From: Candidatus Spongiisociaceae bacterium
Lineage (GTDB): Bacteria > Actinomycetota > Acidimicrobiia > Spongiisociales > Spongiisociaceae
DNA length: 64,000 nt
Direction: 5' to 3'
Assembly: GCA_965219685.1 (NCBI GenBank)
Contig: CBDCOH010000002.1
Coordinates: 768,001 to 832,000 of the forward strand
Position numbers and translations under genes: made by a program. The notes under the pieces were generated by a model. The model had not been told where the DNA came from, ran no database searches, and worked only from the letters and a program-made list of their open reading frames with translations. This document shows, piece after piece, positions 55,441 to 64,000 of the stretch. Position 1 is the stretch's first letter. Each line of letters starts with the position of its first letter.

Positions 55441-58134
55441 GTGTTGTTACGTGCCCTGGTTGTGGTGGTGGTTGTTGCGGTGAGTGCAGCAGTCGCGGTG
55501 GTGGCGCCTGCGGTTGCGTTGGCGCAGTCCAGCCGGTTCGGTGATGTGGCTGAAGATGCCTTTTACAAAGACGCGGTCACTCAGTTAGACCGTGTAGGCG
55601 TCTTCACGGGCACCGAATGTGAGGAGGGGTTCTGTCCCGGCGGTGTGATGGACCGCAAGACCATGGCGGTGTGGGTGGTGCGAGTCCTCGGACGTCAGGA
55701 CCCGCCCACGGTCGCAGAGTCGAGGTTCGAAGATGTGGATGCCGATGGTTTCTTCGCGCCGTTCATCGAGAAACTGGCCGATCTCGGAGTGACCACCGGC
55801 TGCGGCGACGGCACTAGATTCTGTCCCGACAGTTCGGTGACCCGCGCCCAGATGGCTGTGTTCCTGTCTCGTACCTATCAACTGGCGGAAGGCCCCGACC
55901 CGGGATTCATGGATGTGAGTCCTGGTAACTGGTTCGCCGATCATGTCGCGAGGCTGGCTGCTTCGGGCATTACCACCGGCTGTGGCGACGGCACCAGATT
56001 CTGTCCCGGTCGAGACACCACCCGGGCGCAGATGGCTGTCTTCTTGTGGCGAGCCGAGACAACTCCCGTGGTGCTGGCCGCGGGCACGTGCGGTGTCGTC
56101 GAAGACGAAGCGCGACTGCTCGTGGACGGGTCCGATGGGGCCGATTGGTCACCTGATTGCAGCCGCATCGTGTACGCGTACGGCGGGTCGCTGTGGGTGA
56201 TGGACAACGATGGCCGCAGCCGGCAGCGCATCGTGAGCGACAACGATGCGTGGCTGCGCACGCCTGCGTGGTCCCCTGACGGTACCCGGATCGCGTATGG
56301 ACGCACGTCGGAAAGCAATGGAAGCTTGTTTTCCCATATTTGGACCGTAGACGCGGACGGCACCGACAGGACGCGGGTTTCCCGCGGTGACGTTTACGAT
56401 TCTTGGCCGTCGTGGTCTCCACTGGGAGACCGCATCACGTTTCAGCGTTACTCAGGGGATGGCCGAGACGAGGGTGGTGATGTTGTCAACCCCGAACAGA
56501 ATATCTTCGTCGCGAACGCCGCAGGAGGCGACGAAATGGTGCTAACCGAAAGAACCGGCCGCTGGGAGAGTACGCCGGCGTGGTCGCCGGATGGTAGCCG
56601 CATTGCGTATTTGTCTGGTGGAGCGGTGTGGCTGATCGACCCGGATGGCGCCGATGCGCCATGGGTAGTAGCAGGTGCGTTGTGGGACGGCGGTTTGTCG
56701 TGGTCTCCCGACGGCACCCGCATAGCTTTCGTCCGGCCTGATGGCGACGGATCGTCCATAGTAATCGCGGATATCAATGGACTTAACGCAGAGACGATCA
56801 CCGGCAGCGACGAGCTTGACACTGCGCCGCGATGGTCACCGGACGGCCAGCGCATCCTTTTCACCAGAAGCCTGGCTGGAGACAGGCAGCAGTTGCACGT
56901 GGTCGGGGCGAGCGGTGTAGGAGTACCAGTACCGGTCGACTGCCGACCCGTGGGACCGGCGTCTCATTGGAACACGGCCGGCTTTCCGCTCCACCCGGAC
57001 TTGGTACGCGCGAACGGCACCGTGCGCATCGCGGTGCTGTTCATGGACTTCCCCGACGCCGAAGCTGCCCACACAACCCAAGCGGAGGCGATGCTGGGCC
57101 TGCCCTGGGCCGAGGCCTACCTCGAAACCGCCAGCTACGGCAAACTCGACATCGAGTTCGTGCCGTTGCATCGCTGGCTGCGCGCCACCAAGGACTCCGC
57201 CCACTACACCAACGCCAGCCTCGGCGGCGCGCAGAGTCTCGAGTTAGACGCGTCGGTTGAAGCCGTGGCTCTGGCTGACGAAGAGTTCGACTTCTCAGCC
57301 GTGAACATGGTCCTGACGGTGTTCCCGAGCTCCCACTTCAGCGGGGGCAACGCTACAGGCCAGGCCACCGCCGATGATGTCACGCTGCAGACGACGAGGG
57401 CCAACACGTTCGGACACGACGAAGAGCAGCCGCCCGAACAATGGGGGTTTGTTGGCGCGCACGAGATCGCGCACATCTTCGGTCTGGCTGATCTGTATTC
57501 CTACAGCCCGAAGGATCCACCCGAACCTCCCGACGGATCGGTGTGGGCGCAGACCGATTGGGGACTCATGCACCTCCACGGATGGTTCCAAACCCGTCCT
57601 GACGATGCGCGGCTAAGTATCACTTTGCGCTCGCCCTACGGCGACAATTCCAGCGCCACCGGAGATAGGATTGATATGCTGGAGATGCTCGCTTGGAGCC
57701 GCTGGCAGACCGGATGGCTCCAAGAGGCTCAGGTCCTATGCATGACCCAACCGGAGGCCACGGTCACGCTGGCACCCATAGCCATGCCGGGTGCGCATCT
57801 GGCCATGGTCGCAGTCCCGCTCAATTCCCATGAAGTCATCGTGATCGAGAGCCGCCGCAAACTCGGATACGACAACGGCTTCGAATACTCCCTACCCGAC
57901 GGATACCATTACACAGCTCCCGGACTCCCCACCGAAGGCGTCTTGGTGTACACCGTCGACTCGCTTATCGAGACCGGCTCCCTGCCCATCAAGCTCGCCG
58001 GCGACAGCGACCGCCAACTGGACCGATTTCCCGTGCTACAGCCCGGCGACTCGATCACCCTGCACGGCTACACCATCACTGTCATAGCCGACAACGGCCG
58101 CACCCACACTGTCACGATCACTCAGCACAGCTAG
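55441..58134 (+). CDS. Secreted SLH-like + TolB/PD40 beta-propeller + M6-like zinc metalloprotease
   Basis: GGAGG RBS, signal peptide, GC.DGTRFCP...TRAQMAVFL repeats, multiple P.WSPDG.RIA repeats, VLFMDFPDA, HEIAHIFGLADLY, ESRRKLGYD, EGVLVYTVD. Confidence 0.85.
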   Translation: MLLRALVVVVVVAVSAAVAVVAPAVALAQSSRFGDVAEDAFYKDAVTQLDRVGVFTGTECEEGFCPGGVMDRKTMAVWVVRVLGRQDPPTVAESRFEDVDADGFFAPFIEKLADLGVTTGCGDGTRFCPDSSVTRAQMAVFLSRTYQLAEGPDPGFMDVSPGNWFADHVARLAASGITTGCGDGTRFCPGRDTTRAQMAVFLWRAETTPVVLAAGTCGVVEDEARLLVDGSDGADWSPDCSRIVYAYGGSLWVMDNDGRSRQRIVSDNDAWLRTPAWSPDGTRIAYGRTSESNGSLFSHIWTVDADGTDRTRVSRGDVYDSWPSWSPLGDRITFQRYSGDGRDEGGDVVNPEQNIFVANAAGGDEMVLTERTGRWESTPAWSPDGSRIAYLSGGAVWLIDPDGADAPWVVAGALWDGGLSWSPDGTRIAFVRPDGDGSSIVIADINGLNAETITGSDELDTAPRWSPDGQRILFTRSLAGDRQQLHVVGASGVGVPVPVDCRPVGPASHWNTAGFPLHPDLVRANGTVRIAVLFMDFPDAEAAHTTQAEAMLGLPWAEAYLETASYGKLDIEFVPLHRWLRATKDSAHYTNASLGGAQSLELDASVEAVALADEEFDFSAVNMVLTVFPSSHFSGGNATGQATADDVTLQTTRANTFGHDEEQPPEQWGFVGAHEIAHIFGLADLYSYSPKDPPEPPDGSVWAQTDWGLMHLHGWFQTRPDDARLSITLRSPYGDNSSATGDRIDMLEMLAWSRWQTGWLQEAQVLCMTQPEATVTLAPIAMPGAHLAMVAVPLNSHEVIVIESRRKLGYDNGFEYSLPDGYHYTAPGLPTEGVLVYTVDSLIETGSLPIKLAGDSDRQLDRFPVLQPGDSITLHGYTITVIADNGRTHTVTITQHS

Positions 58135-58180
58135 AAAGACTGCAGCTCTGCCAAATGGGACCTGCTGAACCAGCGTGAAA

Positions 58181-58201
58181 TGAACCGCCCCGGGCGGTTC
58201 A
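58181..58201. mobile_element. Fused IS3-family (IS6110-like) terminal inverted repeats, empty scar
   Basis: TGAACCGCCC-C-GGGCGGTTCA; TGAACCGCCCCGG is the IS6110-type terminus. Confidence 0.6.
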
Positions 58202-58392
58202 GTAGAAGGGGACGGGTTGGGCAAGCGTCCGGCTCCAAGCCACGAGCCGGAACAATCTGCGGGGCCGACGGGGGTCCCGCTCGTGCATGAAGGTGATCGA
58301 TCCGGTTGAACAGGCCGGGCTGCGTCGGGACCGGCAATAGACTGACACGACAATCACGGGAACTCGAAGGGACCGCGGTACGTCCTAGGCAT

Positions 58393-59355
58393 ATGAACAG
58401 AACTAACACACTACCCGTAGCCCGAAAGCGGCTGTCCCTTGGAGTCCTTGCCGTAGTCGGCGTGCTCGCTCTCACGGCGTGTTTCGGAGGACATGACGAG
58501 GAGAGCGCGTCACCAATGACCGCAGCGGCGGCCGCCGTGATGATGGAGGAGGACGCCGCGGGATTCGCCACCGGCGAAGAAGGCGCCAGCGACCTGTACT
58601 CGAGTGGAGGGTTCGACATCGGCGTCATCGGGCGCGATGTCATCATCGAGATACAGGTACTGATCGGCACCGACAACATCCAGCGCACCGTCGCATCGAT
58701 CATGGCCGACGTTGCGGCTTTGGGAGGCGGTGTCGCCTTCTCGAATATCGACTACGGCGTCGAGTGGGCCGAGGGCGGCGGGACCGGGTACGCCACGCTG
58801 GTCGTGAAAGTTCCACCTGAAGGTATAGACCGGTTGCTGGCGGGACTCGACGATACCGGCACCGTGCATTCGATGAGCCAGAGCGCCCAGGATGTCACCG
58901 AGCAGTTGGTGGACCTCGATGTCAGGATCAGGAACGCACGGCAGAGTGTTGCCAGGGTTCGAGAGTTCATGGGTCGCACCGAGAAGCTCAGCGATCTCGT
59001 GGTTCTCGAAGGGGAGTTGACCCGCCGCCAGACCGATCTCGAACGACTCGAGGCGCAGCAGCGAAACCTCAGCGAACGGGTTGCGCTATCGACAGTGACG
59101 ATCGATATCGTGCCGACTGGCTCGGTGGACGACGATGACCCCGGCACGATCGGTGACGCCTTGAATACCGGTTGGGTCGTGTTCGTAGCAACTCTCTACA
59201 GGACCGCTCTCGTGCTCGCGCTGCTCGTTCCCTTCCTTGTCGTAGCGGCGCTACTGGTGCTAATCGTGAGGTTCGTGTTGCGTCGCCGCAGAGCCAAGCG
59301 CGGCACCGCGGCCAGAGGACCGTCCCCGGTCGAAGGGACCGATGAGTCCGGATAG
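58393..59355 (+). CDS. DUF4349 lipoprotein
   Basis: LALTAC lipobox, AQDVTEQLVDLDVRI, LEGELTRRQTDLERLE...LSERVALSTVTI, C-terminal TM. Confidence 0.88.
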   Translation: MNRTNTLPVARKRLSLGVLAVVGVLALTACFGGHDEESASPMTAAAAAVMMEEDAAGFATGEEGASDLYSSGGFDIGVIGRDVIIEIQVLIGTDNIQRTVASIMADVAALGGGVAFSNIDYGVEWAEGGGTGYATLVVKVPPEGIDRLLAGLDDTGTVHSMSQSAQDVTEQLVDLDVRIRNARQSVARVREFMGRTEKLSDLVVLEGELTRRQTDLERLEAQQRNLSERVALSTVTIDIVPTGSVDDDDPGTIGDALNTGWVVFVATLYRTALVLALLVPFLVVAALLVLIVRFVLRRRRAKRGTAARGPSPVEGTDESG

Positions 59356-59443
59356 CTACCGCTGGCCTGTGCGCCGCAGCGGCAAGCACGAAGGTCGGGG
59401 CGGTTGATCCCCGAGCCCCTGGAGCGGTTACCCTTCGGCCCGC

Positions 59444-60223
59444 ATGAGCGAAGTATCCCTGGTCTTCCCGGCTGATGACCGGGCCGTGATCACCATCGAG
59501 CGGCCAGCAACGCTGAACTCGTTAGACGTCGCCACTCTCCGAGCCCTCAGGGTGGTAGCAGGGGAAGTGGTGGGGCGGTCCACGACGAAGGTGGTGGTAC
59601 TGCGGGGCCGGGGCCGGGCTTTCTCGTCGGGAGTCGACCTTGGCCTCCTGGACGGTGGCGGCGATATCGATCCACGTCTCGTACCCGAGTTGGGCCGGAC
59701 GATTGTGGAGGCGCTCGACTCGATACCGGCGGTCACTGTGGCGGAGCTCCGGGGGGCGGTTGTCGGAGGCGGGTTGGTCCTGGCGGCGGCATGCGATCTG
59801 CGGGTCGCGGCCGAAGACACCTACTTCTCGATCCCCGAGGTGGATCTAGGTCTTCCGGTGGGTTGGGGTGGGGTTCCCAGGATGGTCCGCGAGATCGGTC
59901 CGGCACTCACCAGGGAGCTGATCATGACCTGCCGGCCGTTCAGCGCCCGGGAGGCCAGGGATGCCGGGTTCTTGAACCGGGTGGTTCCTGCATCGGATCT
60001 CGACGCCACGGTGGACGAGTTGGTGTCGACCCTCTGCGCCAAGCCGCGCTACGCATTGCTGGCGGTCAAGCAGAGTGTCGCCGAGGCAGCCGAGGAGATG
60101 CTGGCCGCTCGGGGACGGACCGGGGAGGCCGACATACTCGCCGGAGCGGCCCGGGACGCCGGGAGCCGCCGGGCAGCCGTCGACTATATCGCCCGATACA
60201 GGAGGGACCGGGGATCAGAGTGA
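59444..60223 (+). CDS. Enoyl-CoA hydratase/isomerase family protein
   Basis: AFSSGVDL, GAVVGGGLVLAAACDLRVA, PEVDLG. Confidence 0.9.
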   Translation: MSEVSLVFPADDRAVITIERPATLNSLDVATLRALRVVAGEVVGRSTTKVVVLRGRGRAFSSGVDLGLLDGGGDIDPRLVPELGRTIVEALDSIPAVTVAELRGAVVGGGLVLAAACDLRVAAEDTYFSIPEVDLGLPVGWGGVPRMVREIGPALTRELIMTCRPFSAREARDAGFLNRVVPASDLDATVDELVSTLCAKPRYALLAVKQSVAEAAEEMLAARGRTGEADILAGAARDAGSRRAAVDYIARYRRDRGSE

Positions 60224-61969
60224 GGCGGCGTCGATGGCGAACAGGTCGCCTGCGCCTGCCTTGACGGCCGGGAGCAGACCGGTGGCCGTGGGCAGCACCT
60301 GCTCGAGGTAGAAACGGGTGGTGACCTGCTTGCGGCGGTGTCCCGTCCGGACCGCGGCCAGTGCCGCCTCGGCCATCATGGCCCCTCCTGCCACGATCCC
60401 GAACATGGTGCAGTAGGGGGTGGCCCCGGCCAGTTGCTGGTTGGGATCACCGGCCTTCGACAGCAGGTGGTCGGTTGCTTCGGCCAGCGCGTCGAGCGCC
60501 GCGGAGAGCGAACGGGCGGTTCGGTCCCATCCGAGTTCGTGAAGGCCGGCGACCGGGGCGCGCAGGGAGTGGATGTAACGGTGGACGAACCTGCCGCCGT
60601 CGATGGGTAGCTTGCGCATCACGAGGTCGATCGACTGGATGCCGTTGGTTCCCTCGTAGATGGGTGTGATGCGGGCATCCCGCCAGTGCTGGGCGGCGCC
60701 GGTCTCCTCGATGTAGCCCATTCCTCCGTGGATCTGGATGCCCAGCGACGCCATCTCCACCCCCAGGTCTGTGCACCATGTCTTGACCACCGGGGTGAGC
60801 AGAGCGAGGCAATCGGCGTGCCATCCGCGTTCTGCGTCCGTTCGGGCGTGTTCGGCCAGATCCTGGTGCATGGCGGCCCGGTAGAGGAGGGCACGCATCG
60901 CTTCGGTGTTGGACCGCATGGTCATCAGCATCCGCCGCACGTCCGGATGGTCGATGATCGGCGAAGTCTCCGAGGCGCCCACCGCCCGTCCCTGGCGTCG
61001 CTCCCGGGCGAAGGCAGCCGCCTGCTGGTAGGCCCTCTCGGCCACCGCCATTCCCTGGATCGCGACCGAGATGCGGGCGGTGTTCATCATCGTGAACATG
61101 TTGCGCATGCCCTTGTTGACGGTCCCGAGCAGGAAACCGACCGCGCCGCCCGCAGCGTCGCCATAGGCCATCACGCAAGTGGGCGCGGCGTGGATGCCGA
61201 CCTTGTGCTCGAGCGAAACGACCTTGAGGTCGTTCGGCTCTCCCGGCTCTCCGCTCGCATCGGGAAGGAACTTCGGCACGATGAACATCGATATTCCCCT
61301 GGTTCCCGGAGGGGATCCCGGAACCCGGGCCAGTACCAGGTGGACGACGTTGGAGGCCATGTCATGGTCGCCGTAGGTGATGAAGATCTTGTTGCCGGTC
61401 AACCGGTAGGTCCCGTCGTCGGCGGGGATGGCCCGCATGGTGAGGGCCCCGACATCGGATCCGGCCTGGGGCTCGGTGAGGTTCATGGCCGCTGACCACT
61501 CGCCGGTGATCAGCTTGGGCAGGTAGCGGTCCTGCTGGTCCTTGGTGCCGTGGGCTGCGAGAGCGGTGACGGCTCCGGCGGTCAGCAGAGGGCAATTGCT
61601 GAAGGCCAGGTTGGCCGCGGTGAACATCTCCTCGAACGCCACCCCGACGACCCGGGGCATCTGATGGCCTCCCCATTCGGCGGGAGCGTCGATCCCTCCC
61701 CACCCGGCGTTCACGAAGGTCTTGTAAGCCTCCTTGAACCCGGACGGCGTCCGTACCTCGCCTTCCACCAGCGAGGAACCCTCGATGTCACCAGACCGGT
61801 TGAGAGGAGCGACCAAGTCCTGTACGAACCGGGCGCCTTCATCGAGCACCGCCGACACGAGATCAGCTTCGGCGTGGCGGAATTCCTCCAGAGAGGTGAG
61901 GTCGCCAAGCCCTCCGATGTGATCGAGCGCGAAGCGGATGTCGTCGAGCGGCGCGGCGTAGCCGGACAT
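60215..61969 (-). CDS. Long-type acyl-CoA dehydrogenase (DmdC-like subfamily)
   Basis: YAAPLDDIRF, MNLTEPQAGSDVG, KIFITYGDHD, EHKVGIHAAPTC, FTMMNTAR, GGMGYIEETG, IYEGTNGIQ. Confidence 0.9.
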   Translation of the reverse strand: MSGYAAPLDDIRFALDHIGGLGDLTSLEEFRHAEADLVSAVLDEGARFVQDLVAPLNRSGDIEGSSLVEGEVRTPSGFKEAYKTFVNAGWGGIDAPAEWGGHQMPRVVGVAFEEMFTAANLAFSNCPLLTAGAVTALAAHGTKDQQDRYLPKLITGEWSAAMNLTEPQAGSDVGALTMRAIPADDGTYRLTGNKIFITYGDHDMASNVVHLVLARVPGSPPGTRGISMFIVPKFLPDASGEPGEPNDLKVVSLEHKVGIHAAPTCVMAYGDAAGGAVGFLLGTVNKGMRNMFTMMNTARISVAIQGMAVAERAYQQAAAFARERRQGRAVGASETSPIIDHPDVRRMLMTMRSNTEAMRALLYRAAMHQDLAEHARTDAERGWHADCLALLTPVVKTWCTDLGVEMASLGIQIHGGMGYIEETGAAQHWRDARITPIYEGTNGIQSIDLVMRKLPIDGGRFVHRYIHSLRAPVAGLHELGWDRTARSLSAALDALAEATDHLLSKAGDPNQQLAGATPYCTMFGIVAGGAMMAEAALAAVRTGHRRKQVTTRFYLEQVLPTATGLLPAVKAGAGDLFAIDAASL

Positions 61970-61981
61970 ACCGTGATGATA

Positions 61982-62066
61982 GGTCAGCGGTCAGCGGTCA
62001 GCGGTCAGCCGACCGCGAGCTTCCACTCACCATTCACCATTCACCATTCACCATTCACCATTCACC
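61982..62066. repeat. Paired heptamer tracts: (GGTCAGC)x4 and (TTCACCA)-like x~6, the latter overlapping the metB-like stop
   Basis: Directly visible; the last codons of the upstream minus-strand gene (G-E-W-stop) come from the repeat. Confidence 0.92.
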
Positions 62067-63215
62067 GAGTTGATCGAGGCCCTGTGCCAGGTCGTCGATC
62101 AGGTCCTCGGCGTCCTCCATTCCCACGGAGATACGCACCAGGCCGTCGGTGATGCCGACCCGTAGGCGCTCTTGGGGCTCGACGTCGGCGTGGGTCATCG
62201 TGACCGGGTGGGTGACGAGGGACTCCACCGACCCGAGGTTCTCGGCCAGGGTCCACACGCGGAGGGACTGCATCAGCCTCTTCCCGGCCTCGACCCCGCC
62301 CTCCACCTCGAACCAGGCCATGGCGCCGAAACCGGAGGCCTGCTTGACGGCGAGATCGTGTTGCGGGAATGATGCGAGTCCGGGGTAGGTCACAGAGATC
62401 ACGCGGGGGTGAGCCTCGAGGAACTCCGCCACCGCCAGGGCGTTGGCGGACTGGCGCTCCATCCGCTCGCTCAGGGTCTTGCTGCCCTGGAGCGTCAGCC
62501 ACGCCACCAGGGGCGACATGATCAGCCCGGCCGCGTTCTGGACGAACGCGATCTCTTCCGACTGCTTCTCGTCGCGGCACACCACCGCGCCGCCCACCGT
62601 GGCGTTGTGCCCGTCGAAGTACTTGGTGGTGGAATGCACCACCAGATCGGCGCCGAGTTCCAGGGGACGCTGGAAGTAGGGGGTGAGGAAGGTGTTGTCC
62701 ACCGCGTGCGGTATGCCGCGGGAGGAGGCGATCTCGGACACACCGGCGATGTCGGTGTACTTGAGGGTCGGGTTGGCCGGGGTCTCGGTGAAGATAAGCC
62801 GGGTGCGCTCGTTGACGGAAGCGACTACCTCGTCGAGGTCGGAGGTGTCGGCGAAGGTGAAGTCCACGCCGAATCGGGAGAACACCTTGGTGGCCAGGCG
62901 GTAGGTTCCGCCGTAGGCGACATCGCTGATCAACGCGTGATCCCCGGCGTTCAGCAGGGCCATGAACACCCCGTTGGTGGCGGCCATGCCGGTGGCGAAC
63001 GCCCAGGCCGAAACACCGCCTTCGAGAATGGCCAGACGTTCCTGCAATGCCGAGACCGTGGGGTTGGCCGACCGCGAGTACGAGTAGCCCTTGGCCATGT
63101 ACTCCTCCACGGACGGCTGAGCGAAGGTGGTCGACTGATGGATCGGGGTGAGGATGGCGCCGGTTGTGGGGTCAGGGGAGACGCCCGCGTGTATCTGGTC
63201 GGTCCTGAAGCCCAT
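62055..63215 (-). CDS. Cystathionine gamma-synthase/lyase (Cys/Met PLP family)
   Basis: PIHQSTTF, YSRSANPT, ETPANP, DNTFLTP, HSTTKYFDGH, AENLGSVESLVTHP. Confidence 0.9.
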   Translation of the reverse strand: MGFRTDQIHAGVSPDPTTGAILTPIHQSTTFAQPSVEEYMAKGYSYSRSANPTVSALQERLAILEGGVSAWAFATGMAATNGVFMALLNAGDHALISDVAYGGTYRLATKVFSRFGVDFTFADTSDLDEVVASVNERTRLIFTETPANPTLKYTDIAGVSEIASSRGIPHAVDNTFLTPYFQRPLELGADLVVHSTTKYFDGHNATVGGAVVCRDEKQSEEIAFVQNAAGLIMSPLVAWLTLQGSKTLSERMERQSANALAVAEFLEAHPRVISVTYPGLASFPQHDLAVKQASGFGAMAWFEVEGGVEAGKRLMQSLRVWTLAENLGSVESLVTHPVTMTHADVEPQERLRVGITDGLVRISVGMEDAEDLIDDLAQGLDQLGEW

Positions 63216-63288
63216 AAACCTCCGATTCGTGCGGCGTCAGGTTACCGCGACCGAGCGGCTACCAAGCCCCTCGGTAGACTGGGCGACC

Positions 63289-64000
63289 GTGGGAGCAGAA
63301 CGCCGGGTGGCGATAACGACCACCGAGATGCACACGGGGGGTGAGCCGGTCCGCATCGTCGAGTCCGGATATCCGCCGATACCGGGCGAGACCATCCTCG
63401 ACAAGCGCCGTTACGTCAGGGAGAACCTGGACCACCTCCGAAAAGTCCTGATGCACGAGCCGCGCGGCCACTTCGACATGTACGGGGTGATCCCGGTGGA
63501 ACCCGACCTTCCGGAGGCTGATCTGGCCGTGCTGTTCATGCACAACGAGGGCTACTCGACCATGTGCGGTCACGCCACCATCGCCTTGGGTCGCTACGCC
63601 GTCGACCGCGGCCTGGTTCCCAAGGTCGAGCCCGAGACCAGGGTTGTCATCCAGTGCCCCTGCGGGCCCGTTGTCGCGTTGGTGGAGGTGACGGACGGTG
63701 AGGCAGGAAGGGTCCGGTTCCGGAGCGTGGAATCCTTCGCCCCTGCCCTTGACTACAAAGTGCAGGTTGAAGGTTATGGTTCCATCCGCTATGACATCGG
63801 GTACGGAGGTACTTTCTACGCGGTGGCGGACGCATCGGAATTCGGTCTCGACGTGCGCGCGTCTCCGGCCCGAGAACTCGTAGCCGCGGCCACAGCCCTG
63901 ACCGAGGCCGTCCGGCGTGTGCTGGTCCTGACCCATCCGGACCACGAGGACCTGGCGGATCTGTACGGCTCGATCCTGACCGACGGGGTGGAGGAGGCCG
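63289..64000 (+). CDS. Proline racemase family, trans-3-hydroxy-L-proline dehydratase-like (runs off window end)
   Basis: Not in the ORF track. Reads EMHTGGEPVRIV, KRRYVRENLDHLRKVLMHEPRGHFDMYG, LFMHNEGYSTMCGHATIALGRYAVD, DIGYGGTFYA. Confidence 0.88.
   Translation, partial: MGAERRVAITTTEMHTGGEPVRIVESGYPPIPGETILDKRRYVRENLDHLRKVLMHEPRGHFDMYGVIPVEPDLPEADLAVLFMHNEGYSTMCGHATIALGRYAVDRGLVPKVEPETRVVIQCPCGPVVALVEVTDGEAGRVRFRSVESFAPALDYKVQVEGYGSIRYDIGYGGTFYAVADASEFGLDVRASPARELVAAATALTEAVRRVLVLTHPDHEDLADLYGSILTDGVEEA

Overview
High-GC actinobacterial chromosome segment. Three Cys-paired SLH-like surface proteins, an FN3 array, DddP-like lyases and a hydroxyproline-dehydratase-like gene suggest an Acidimicrobiia member, possibly marine or sponge-associated (inference). 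The core is the conserved M16 peptidase-dapB-dapA-rnj-ftsK...rimO-cinA-thpR-recA cluster, plus lhr, ssb, rnhB, ppx and Met/Cys genes. Accessory content: tandem DddP-like genes leading into a sarcosine-oxidase-like operon, a MazEF-type TA pair, a vWA + AAA+ pair, a decayed IS110, a fused IS3-type end scar and oriented heptamer arrays at gene junctions. The best candidate for a new system is the operon at about 43.8-46.4 kb. It encodes a Tat-exported 14-Cys peptide with MauE-, MauD- and MauF-like maturation proteins, and no mauB/mauG lies in the window. The MauF homolog has an in-frame UGA at the position of the conserved SP-C-G cysteine, followed by a SECIS-like hairpin, making it a candidate selenoprotein. 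Three PafBC-type DNA-damage promoters (TGTCAC-N10-TAnnnT) precede lhr, recA and ssb, and a LexA box precedes recA. All assignments come from motif recognition by eye; no database searches were run.
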